From Candidatus Omnitrophota bacterium (GTDB taxonomy: Bacteria > Omnitrophota > Gorgyraeia > Zapsychrales > JANLHA01), in assembly GCA_963662715.1 (NCBI GenBank), contig OY759724.1:690001-722000 (forward strand): a DNA stretch of 32,000 nucleotides. The letters run 5' to 3'. The notes below the pieces were generated by a model. That model saw only the letters and a program-made list of their open reading frames with translations. It made no database searches and was not told the DNA's origin. Positions 25,026-32,000 of the stretch are shown in pieces (positions within the stretch are counted from its first letter, which is position 1; every line of letters starts with the position of its first letter). The position numbers and the translations under genes were made by a program.

Positions 25026-25278
25026 TAGTGATGAGTAACTGGTTATTTTTAACTGGACGATGCGTATTGGTGTGGAAAATCAGGTAGGTTTACCACTATA
25101 CGATCGTAGTCTTAATAAATATAACACAAAAATTCTTCCGTCGCAATATTTGCCGAAAACCGGCCGGACCTGTTTTGGCCTTTTCCTCCGTTATTTCCTT
25201 CTGCTTACAGACTTTTCGGCAAAATCTATTCATGAAAATATATTGTTCACACAAATCAAACTCATAAGCACCAATAGG

Positions 25279-26685
25279 TTACAATAATTCCTGCTGTGGG
25301 CCGGCTGAATCTTGCTGCGGACGCGCCATAAAAATCAGGGCCAAGACGGCCAAAGGGAAAAAATGCAGAATCAGGCGGGAAAGCGTCGTATCTCTCTGCT
25401 CAATCCAGATATAAGCGTTTGTGCAAAGAAACAGAAGAAACAGAATAACAAAAAACAAGGTCATGCAAAGGCAAAACCATTTGAAAAAAGGATGAATTTT
25501 TGAGCGGAACGAAAAAAACGAGCTGAAAACAAGCAAACTCCATATGACGTTCCAATTCCCGCTCCAGAATAATTCCTGAATAAGCTTGCTGAAAATAAAC
25601 GGAATCCGGGCCAAATTCTGCCGACCGAGTTCATAAACAACCCCGACAGACATGCCTTGTCTCATAAATTTAAACAACGGGAAGAGCAGAGATATCCCCA
25701 AACACGGGAAAATAAAGTTTAAAGCCGTTTTCATGCGACGGCCGGACAAAGATTTGTCCGAAAACAGCAGGCCAACGAATAAAGCTCCGTAAACCAAAAG
25801 ATAGGCCATGCCCTCCCGTTTTGTAAATGTGGATATCCCGGCGAATACCCCGGCGAGGACCAAAAACCGGGTCTCTTTCTCCGCATACCACAAGAAAATC
25901 ATCATAAGGGTGACACAGTTATAAACCATCAGAGTAAAATCCATATATCCTAATGAAGCATGCAGGGCAAAAAGATTGGATGTAAACAACAAGCCGACAC
26001 TCCACAAAGCCCGTCTGCTGTTTAAAAAGTAATTCACAAATTCATAGTGAATCACAATATAAGAGAGAAGATAAAAAGGGATAAAAACTTTAACAATCTG
26101 GTCACTCCAATAACCTAAATTCAAAACCATCCATGTCTGCAAGAGAGAGACATGCAGAGGATACCCCCGGTACAGAATATCCTGCGGTAAAACAATATTT
26201 TTGTTAAAGAAAAAAACTTTGGCATTAAGAGTGTTAATTTTCAAGGGGTCAAATCCATAAACGGGAATATGAAAGGCGCGCCAGAAAATATAAACACACT
26301 GAAAAACCACAAAAAGGATAATAATGATGTCTAAGAATTCCCAATAAATCTCATAAGGAGATGGTCGGGATAACTCTTTCCGCACCAAATCCTCATTAAC
26401 AGCACCTTGCTGTCCCTGCCCAGACCGTTTCTTAGAAACACTCCTTATGATTCCTATAAAAATCAAGCCAAGCAAGAAAAGATGAAGCCCCTGCCCGGCA
26501 AACGAACCTCCCAGCATATTCCAGGATAACATTACAATCGTCAAAATCCCGGTGCCCAGAATAAACGAGAGGGATATCTTAGCGGGGACCGTCAGCTCCT
26601 CCCTGGGAAAAAGAAAAGACAAAGAAACAGACCCTATAAGCCAGGGGATAAAAAGAGCAATACCTATCGCAAAGCCCGGGATCAT
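25279..26685 (-). CDS. GT-C fold membrane glycosyltransferase, ArnT/PMT_2 (GT39-like)
   Basis: 468 aa with more than 10 TM segments. A periplasmic loop after TM1-3 carries HIPVYGFDPLKINTLNAKVFF...YRGYPLHVSLLQTW. A TFTKREG loop is typical of this family. The ATGA start/stop overlap with the upstream gene is at 26682-26685. Confidence 0.65.
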   Translation of the reverse strand: MIPGFAIGIALFIPWLIGSVSLSFLFPREELTVPAKISLSFILGTGILTIVMLSWNMLGGSFAGQGLHLFLLGLIFIGIIRSVSKKRSGQGQQGAVNEDLVRKELSRPSPYEIYWEFLDIIIILFVVFQCVYIFWRAFHIPVYGFDPLKINTLNAKVFFFNKNIVLPQDILYRGYPLHVSLLQTWMVLNLGYWSDQIVKVFIPFYLLSYIVIHYEFVNYFLNSRRALWSVGLLFTSNLFALHASLGYMDFTLMVYNCVTLMMIFLWYAEKETRFLVLAGVFAGISTFTKREGMAYLLVYGALFVGLLFSDKSLSGRRMKTALNFIFPCLGISLLFPLFKFMRQGMSVGVVYELGRQNLARIPFIFSKLIQELFWSGNWNVIWSLLVFSSFFSFRSKIHPFFKWFCLCMTLFFVILFLLFLCTNAYIWIEQRDTTLSRLILHFFPLAVLALIFMARPQQDSAGPQQELL

Positions 26686-27425
26686 CGCCGCCCTCCCTGT
26701 CTTACAGCCATGAGACTCTTGTGATCATAAGGAGAAAACCAGTGAAATCCGGGAGGCAGAGCCTTAAAAGGCTCATCTTTCATAAACATAATGAGAACGT
26801 CAGGGTCACTGATATCGGGTTTTAAAATATCGATAGGGTAAAGGAAATACGCAAGTTCTGTTTTCCAGAACAACCCCAGGCCCTTCTCAAGATACAAATC
26901 ACTTAAAAGACGTGCCCGGGCATACCCTGATATGTGTTGATGACAGTAGCGGGAAAATCCATAGGTTTGTTTATAAATTTGGGCATATTTATTCTGAACA
27001 TCTTCGCCTTTGAAATGCTGATATTCAAAGGCGAATTGTCTAAGCTGAAATTTCACCTGGAAAAATGTTAATATAAAAAGCATAATCCAGGCCCCTGTCT
27101 TGAGTGTCTTTAATCCCTTTCGGAGAAAAAAGCGGGGGGAATTGTCTGCATGACGCCTGTTTCTGTAAGCCAGCCAGAGGGAAGAAAAAAAGATCAAAGC
27201 ATACCCATACCACAAAATATTCAACGGGCCAATCTGACGATAGAGACAACGGTTGGGCGTCATGGCATAAAAAGTATCAATGAAGGAAACCATGGGAGAA
27301 GACGTATGCCAGGTAAAAGGAAAAAAAACAACAAACAAAACAAACAACACAATTCCGACTCCCAGCTTGATTGTGCGGGGTAACGTTTTCTGATCTTCTT
27401 CTTTATTATGGAAAGCAGCTGCCAT
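26682..27425 (-). CDS. Hypothetical membrane protein (3-4 TM segments plus soluble C-terminal domain), co-translated with the GT-C gene
   Basis: 247-aa ORF. It has a 4-nt overlap with the downstream glycosyltransferase-like gene. No recognised motif. Confidence 0.55.
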   Translation of the reverse strand: MAAAFHNKEEDQKTLPRTIKLGVGIVLFVLFVVFFPFTWHTSSPMVSFIDTFYAMTPNRCLYRQIGPLNILWYGYALIFFSSLWLAYRNRRHADNSPRFFLRKGLKTLKTGAWIMLFILTFFQVKFQLRQFAFEYQHFKGEDVQNKYAQIYKQTYGFSRYCHQHISGYARARLLSDLYLEKGLGLFWKTELAYFLYPIDILKPDISDPDVLIMFMKDEPFKALPPGFHWFSPYDHKSLMAVRQGGRR

Positions 27426-27740
27426 TGATACGGCCTTTAAAATTTAAAAATTTTCGAGATCATTATCAACCACCCATATCTTTTAGGCTAATTCACCTTA
27501 AAGGAAAAAACCTTAAAGTAAAATAAACAACTTCTATGATATTCATTTTAAAACGTTCTTACCAGTAAAATTAATACTATTTAGGAAGCCGCTTGAGAAA
27601 TACATTCTTAAAGTGTTTAGGGCATCGGGGCCTAATTAATTTTTAAAGGAACTTCCAAGTATTTCACCTCTTAATATATTTATATGATATGTTTAACATA
27701 TTGTTGATGTTAAAAATAATAGACACACATCCATGCATAC

Positions 27741-27763
27741 CTGTCCAGGACTGTCCTAGACTG
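27741..27763 (+). promoter_or_regulatory. Direct repeats CTGTCCaGGA/CTGTCCTaGA/CTG; candidate enhancer-binding-protein site (UAS)
   Basis: Two and a third 10-bp direct repeats in helical phase. The first contains the palindrome GTCC-A-GGAC. They are centred about 95 nt upstream of the sigma54 -24 element. Confidence 0.3.
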
Positions 27764-27845
27764 AGCAAAAGAGGCAAGAACAGAAAAACACGAATTATGA
27801 ACAAATATTTCACAAAACAATAAATTTACTCCATTAATTAATATT

Positions 27846-27860
27846 TGGTACATTTCTTGC
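27846..27860 (+). promoter_or_regulatory. Sigma54 (RpoN) -24/-12 promoter element TGGTAC-N5-TTGC
   Basis: TGGTACATTTCTTGC has the GG and GC separated by exactly 10 nt, as in the consensus TGGCACG-N4-TTGC. It is 64 nt upstream of the ATG at 27924, inside a 500-bp AT-rich gap. Confidence 0.5.
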
Positions 27861-27923
27861 TTGTAATTAATACGTTAACTTCGCATCACAGCAAAAATAT
27901 ATATCAATTTAGGAGGTTTTTCA

Positions 27924-28712
27924 ATGAAACAGTCACTTAGAAACATCAGCATCATCTTTTTAGCGGTTATAGGAGTTGTGGCTCTGACCAGCAGCCCGGC
28001 TTCAGCACAAGCTGCCGCAACAATTCCAGTTGACCTGGAATTGAGTTTGGTTATTGACATTTCCGGAAGTGTCAGCGCTTCTGAATATGCAACACAAATC
28101 CAGGGTTATGGAAATGCTTTTAAAAGCGCTGCTGTTATCAATGCCCTTGATAACGGACAATACGAACAAATCGCCGTTAATGTCGTATTCTACAGCGGTA
28201 GCGCCGCGGAAGTTGTGGAATGGACTCTCGTTGACCAATCCAACTCCTCTGCTTTTGGGGACACGCTTATTGCTTTAGCCGACCCAAACAATCTGGGCAG
28301 CTTGACCGGTGTGGCCAATGCCATTGATACAGCCGACAATCTGTTTTTCACCAATATCTACGAAGGTGACAGACTTGTTATGGATGTTTCCGGTGACGGA
28401 ATTGAAAACGTAGACAGCGTAGCAGACGTTTTAAGTGCACGCGATATCGCCCTGGCCTTGGGAATTGATGCCATCAACGGTCTTGTTATTGATGATGAAA
28501 CCGGTGTCGTGGATTTTTATGCTGACAACGTCGTTGGAGGAGACGGGGCTTTCTTACTCGTTGTTGATTCTTTTGATGATTTGCAGCCGGCTATCATTGA
28601 AAAACTCGCCAGAGAAATCGGCGATGATCCTGTTGTCCCTGAACCAGCCACTCTTTCCCTGTTAGGCTTTGGCTTAATGGGATTAGCTGGTTTCAGAAAA
28701 AAGAGAAGCTAA
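27924..28712 (+). CDS. DUF1194-type von Willebrand factor A domain protein with PEP-CTERM sorting signal
   Basis: RBS AGGAGG lies 7 nt upstream. Signal peptide: IIFLAVIGVVALTSSPASA/QA. MIDAS-like motif: LVIDISGSVS. DUF1194 hallmarks: VMDVSGDG...ARDIALALGIDAINGLVI...FYADNVVGGDGAFLLVV. The C-terminal VPEPATLSLLGFGLMGLAGFRKKRS is PEP, a TM segment and a basic tail. Confidence 0.85.
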   Translation: MKQSLRNISIIFLAVIGVVALTSSPASAQAAATIPVDLELSLVIDISGSVSASEYATQIQGYGNAFKSAAVINALDNGQYEQIAVNVVFYSGSAAEVVEWTLVDQSNSSAFGDTLIALADPNNLGSLTGVANAIDTADNLFFTNIYEGDRLVMDVSGDGIENVDSVADVLSARDIALALGIDAINGLVIDDETGVVDFYADNVVGGDGAFLLVVDSFDDLQPAIIEKLAREIGDDPVVPEPATLSLLGFGLMGLAGFRKKRS

Positions 28713-28737
28713 TATAATTATATATATTTATGAAACT

Positions 28738-28763
28738 CCACGGCCTCACGGCCGTGGTTTCTT
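28738..28763 (+). terminator. Intrinsic terminator after the PEP-CTERM gene
   Basis: CCACGGCC-TCAC-GGCCGTGG, followed by TTTCTT. It lies 25 nt downstream of the stop. Confidence 0.6.
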
Positions 28764-29028
28764 AACTATTTTGACTGTGCAAACGCAGCTAAAATTCTAT
28801 CTGCGTTTGTCCTCGGTCTTCCCGGCCTTGATATTCGATGTATCGCTTTATCGATTCTTCGTCGGCTCCAACCGTTGACACAAAATACCCTGCTGACCAT
28901 ATCCTGAGTTATCCCGCCATAAATACAATAAACAGCATATCGCACAAACCCATGGGAACAAAATATCGCAGGGAAAGCATTCACAGCAAGGCAGGATGAC
29001 GACAAGGCATGATTCACTGCACGGGATT

Positions 29029-32000
29029 TTATTCTGACACACAATCATAACACTGAATAGCAGATTGGCCATCCTGTCCCGAATAGGTAAACAAAATAAT
29101 ACTTGTTTTTAGACACTGCTCTGTTTCCTCACAAGAAGAACAGTCAACATACAAGCCCTCTCCCACACAACGCTTATCTCCTTTTTCAAACCTGCATTCG
29201 AAGCAAGCTTCTCCGCTGGACAATGTCTTGGCAAAAGTGCAGTTAGGACAATTTTTGCACTCTTTCTCCGTTAAATAACCTATCGAACTGCAGGTTTCCT
29301 TCTTTTTCTGACATATATAACATTGTTCTCCTTGTTTAGTCCTTTTTGTCCCTTCACATTCCTTTTTCGAATCGGATTTGCAGGCAAGACATTCTTGCTC
29401 CGTTAACAGACCGAGATCCGAACAAAGCTGTGGTTTCTCCTCGCAGCTGTAACACTGCCGGCCTTCTTTGGTCTTCTGATCTTTCTTACACTGATTCTTA
29501 GGATCCTCTTCACACAGAGAACATTCCTCTTCAGAAATTAAACCAAGATCGATACATTCTTCCGGTTTATCCATACAGCCGTAACATTGTTTCCCTTCCC
29601 TGGTCCTCTGATCTTCGACACATTCCTTCTTCGGGTCTTTGGTGCAAATCGCGCACTCTTCTTCAGCCAGCAATCCAAGGTCGACGCATGCTTCCGGCTT
29701 GTCCATACAGCTGTAGCATTGCCGGCCTTCTTTAGTTTTCTGATCCTCGACACATTCTTTCTTCGGGTCTTTGGTGCAAATCGCGCACTCTTCTTCAGCC
29801 AGCAATCCAAGGTCGACGCATTCTTCCGGTTTGTCCATACAGCTGTAGCATTGCCGGCCTTCTTTAGTCCTCTGGTCTTCGACACATTCCTTCTTCGGAT
29901 CTTCGACACATACCGCGCATTCCTCCTGTGACAGCAGACCTAAATCTTCGCACTCTTCCGGCTTATCCATACAGCTGTAGCATTGCCGGCCTTCTTTAGT
30001 CTTCTGGTCTTCGACACATTCCTTCTTCGGATCTTCGACACATACCGCGCATTCCTCCTGTGACAGCAGACCTAAATCTTCGCATTCTTCCGGCTTGTCC
30101 ACACAACCGTAACATTGTTTCCCTTCCCTGGTCTTTTGATCCTCGACACATTCCTTCTTCGGGTCTTCGGCACATACCGCGCATTCCTCCTGTGACAGCA
30201 GACCTAAGTCTTCGCATTCTTCCGGCTTGTCCATACAGCTGTAGCATTGCCGGCCTTCTTTAGTCTTCTGGTCTTCGACACATTCCTTCTTCGGATCTTC
30301 GACACATACCGCGCATTCCTCCTGTGACAGCAGACCTAAATCGACGCATTCTTCCGGCTTGTCCACACAACCGTAACATTGTTTCCCTTCCCTGGTCTTT
30401 TGATCCTCGACACATTCCTTCTTCGGGTCTTTGGTGCAAATCGCGCACTCTTCTTCAGCCAGCAATCCAAGGTCGACGCATTCTTCCGGCTTGTCCATAC
30501 AGCTGTAGCATTGCCGGCCTTCTTTAGTCCTCTGGTCTTCGACACATTCCTTCTTCGGATCTTCGACACATACCGCGCATTCCTCCTGTGACAGCAGGCC
30601 TAAATCTTCGCATTCTTCCGGCTTGTCCACACAACCGTAACATTGTTTCCCTTCCCTGGTCTTTTGATCCTCGACACATTCCTTCTTCGGGTCTTCGGCA
30701 CATACCGCGCATTCCTCCTGCGACAGCAGGCCTAAATCTTCGCACTCTTCCGGCTTATCCATACAGCTGTAGCATTGCCGGCCTTCTTTAGTCTTCTGGT
30801 CTTCGACACATTCCTTCTTCGGATCTTCGACACATACCGCGCATTCCTCCTGTGACAGCAGACCTAAATCTTCGCATTCTTCCGGCTTGTCCACACAACC
30901 GTAACATTGTTTCCCTTCCCTGGTCTTTTGATCCTCGACACATTCCTTCTTCGGGTCTTCGGCACATACCGCGCATTCCTCCTGTGACAGCAGACCTAAA
31001 TCTTCGCATTCTTCCGGCTTGTCCATACAGCTGTAGCATTGCCGGCCTTCTTTAGTCCTCTGGTCTTCGACACATTCCTTCTTCGGATCTTCGACACATA
31101 CCGCGCATTCCTCCTGTGACAGCAGACCTAAATCGACGCATTCTTCCGGCTTGTCCACACAACCGTAACATTGTTTCCCTTCCCTGGTCTTTTGATCCTC
31201 GACACATTCCTTCTTCGGGTCTTTGGTGCAAATCGCGCACTCTTCTTCAGCCAGCAATCCAAGGTCGACGCATTCTTCCGGTTTGTCCATACAGCTGTAG
31301 CATTGCCGGCCTTCTTTAGTCCTCTGGTCTTCGACACATTCCTTCTTCGGGTCTTTGGTGCAAATCGCGCACTCTTCTTCAGCCAGCAATCCAAGGTCGA
31401 CGCATTCTTCCGGTTTGTCCATACAGCTGTAGCATTGCCGGCCTTCTTTAGTCCTCTGGTCTTCGACACATTCCTTCTTCGGATCTTCGACACATACCGC
31501 GCATTCCTCCTGTGACAGCAGACCTAAATCTTCGCATTCTTCCGGCTTGTCCACACAACCGTAACATTGTTTCCCTTCCCTGGTCTTTTGATCCTCGACA
31601 CATTCCTTCTTCGGGTCTTCGGCACATACCGCGCATTCCTCCTGCGACAGCAGGCCTAAATCTTCGCACTCTTCCGGCTTATCCATACAGCTGTAGCATT
31701 GCCGGCCTTCTTTAGTTTTCTGATCCTCGACACATTCCTTCTTCGGATCTTCGACACATACCGCGCATTCCTCCTGCGACAGCAGACCTAAATCTTCGCA
31801 TTCTTCCGGTTTATCCATACAGCTGTAGCATTGCCGGCCTTCCCTGGTCTTCTGATCTTCGACACATTCCTTCCTCGGGTCTTCGACACATACCGCGCAT
31901 TCCTCCTGTGACAGCAGACCTAAGTCTTCGCATGCTTCCGGCTTGTCCATACAGCTGTAGCATTGCCGGCCTTCTTTGGTCTTCTGATCTTCGACACATT
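29029..32000 (-). CDS. Acidic cysteine-rich tandem-repeat protein (44-aa six-Cys modules); 5' end lies beyond the right edge
   Basis: The reading frame is open from the window edge to the stop at 29029-29031. It holds 18 near-identical modules (MDKPEECEDLGLLSQEECAVCVEDPKKECVEDQKTKEGRQCYSC), 2 diverged modules and a 93-aa Cys-rich tail (...IQCYDCVSE). The track start at 31950 is only the first in-window Met. Repeat sequence continues to base 32000. Confidence 0.85.
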   Translation of the reverse strand, partial: CVEDQKTKEGRQCYSCMDKPEACEDLGLLSQEECAVCVEDPRKECVEDQKTREGRQCYSCMDKPEECEDLGLLSQEECAVCVEDPKKECVEDQKTKEGRQCYSCMDKPEECEDLGLLSQEECAVCAEDPKKECVEDQKTREGKQCYGCVDKPEECEDLGLLSQEECAVCVEDPKKECVEDQRTKEGRQCYSCMDKPEECVDLGLLAEEECAICTKDPKKECVEDQRTKEGRQCYSCMDKPEECVDLGLLAEEECAICTKDPKKECVEDQKTREGKQCYGCVDKPEECVDLGLLSQEECAVCVEDPKKECVEDQRTKEGRQCYSCMDKPEECEDLGLLSQEECAVCAEDPKKECVEDQKTREGKQCYGCVDKPEECEDLGLLSQEECAVCVEDPKKECVEDQKTKEGRQCYSCMDKPEECEDLGLLSQEECAVCAEDPKKECVEDQKTREGKQCYGCVDKPEECEDLGLLSQEECAVCVEDPKKECVEDQRTKEGRQCYSCMDKPEECVDLGLLAEEECAICTKDPKKECVEDQKTREGKQCYGCVDKPEECVDLGLLSQEECAVCVEDPKKECVEDQKTKEGRQCYSCMDKPEECEDLGLLSQEECAVCAEDPKKECVEDQKTREGKQCYGCVDKPEECEDLGLLSQEECAVCVEDPKKECVEDQKTKEGRQCYSCMDKPEECEDLGLLSQEECAVCVEDPKKECVEDQRTKEGRQCYSCMDKPEECVDLGLLAEEECAICTKDPKKECVEDQKTKEGRQCYSCMDKPEACVDLGLLAEEECAICTKDPKKECVEDQRTREGKQCYGCMDKPEECIDLGLISEEECSLCEEDPKNQCKKDQKTKEGRQCYSCEEKPQLCSDLGLLTEQECLACKSDSKKECEGTKRTKQGEQCYICQKKKETCSSIGYLTEKECKNCPNCTFAKTLSSGEACFECRFEKGDKRCVGEGLYVDCSSCEETEQCLKTSIILFTYSGQDGQSAIQCYDCVSE
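29311..32000 (-). repeat. Coding tandem repeat, 132-bp unit, at least 20 copies, with a 792-bp (6-unit) higher-order period
   Basis: The Met codons of successive modules fall at 31950 minus 132n, down to 29574. Copies 792 bp apart are nearly identical: 30241-30300 and 31033-31092 differ at 1 of 60 nt. Confidence 0.95.

Noticed and set aside
25140-25215. SRP (4.5S) RNA-like words: CAGGTCCGG and AGCAGAAGGAA on the minus strand
   Set aside because: The order of the two elements is reversed relative to the conserved SRP domain IV (CAGGUCCGGAAGGAAGCAG). The GGAA tetraloop context is missing. Judged coincidental.
25060-25287. 75-aa plus-strand ORF in the 550-bp gap
   Set aside because: It has no RBS and an odd composition, and it runs into the 3' end of the convergent GT-C gene. 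The region is better explained as untranslated RNA on the minus strand.
28766-29072. Two minus-strand ORFs (92 and 74 aa) in the gap after the Cys-repeat gene. One ends in ...ISRPGRPRTNADRILAAF, faintly reminiscent of a transposase/resolvase HTH segment (GRPR).
   Set aside because: Both overlap the 3' end of the repeat gene, lack an RBS and are Cys/Arg-rich out-of-frame products. The HTH resemblance rests on about 8 residues. There are no inverted repeats or other transposase parts. At most this is an unprovable relic.
29538-31999. About 20 ORFs of 62-123 aa in alternative frames on both strands of the repeat array (Arg/Met/Cys-rich or Phe/Leu-rich translations)
   Set aside because: They recur with the 132/264/792-bp periodicity because the repeat unit happens to lack stops in several frames. 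Only the frame giving the conserved six-Cys module is continuous across the whole array and ends in a unique tail.
29311-32000. Possibility that the regular repeats are a CRISPR array
   Set aside because: The units are contiguous with no unique spacers. At 132 bp they are far longer than CRISPR repeats, and they stay in one continuous reading frame.

Overview
This is a 32-kb bacterial chromosomal window. It is densely coding, with about 27 protein genes, most of them on the minus strand. I saw no rRNA, tRNA, CRISPR array or intact mobile element by eye.

Cell-envelope functions dominate:
- an orphan secretin
- four polytopic GT-C-like (PMT_2/TMTC/ArnT-like) membrane proteins
- a CPBP intramembrane protease fused to TPRs
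- an SGNH-like hydrolase with a nested TPR block
- a DUF1194/vWA protein with a PEP-CTERM anchor, behind a sigma54-type promoter

Housekeeping genes are interspersed: an RsmB/F-type m5C RNA methyltransferase, a PP-loop enzyme, DUF503, DUF77, a DUF255 thioredoxin-fold protein, a GltS-like symporter, PanE and a CheY-like receiver. PEP-CTERM together with many TPR/GT-C proteins and a secretin suggests an uncultivated Gram-negative lineage. PVC- or Omnitrophota-like is only a guess.

Three elements stand out:
1. The right-hand 3 kb is an open-ended gene for a very acidic protein. It is built from at least 20 tandem 44-aa six-cysteine modules, encoded by near-identical 132-bp repeats with a 792-bp higher-order period. 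I cannot assign the module to a named family.
2. A compact unit on the minus strand runs promoter, hairpin, 11-codon mini-ORF and intrinsic terminator. It sits directly upstream of an orphan CheD-like deamidase and a shortened stand-alone EF-G paralog.
3. A correctly spaced sigma54 -24/-12 element, with upstream direct repeats, precedes the PEP-CTERM gene.

Functional calls come from motif recognition by eye. No database search was possible.
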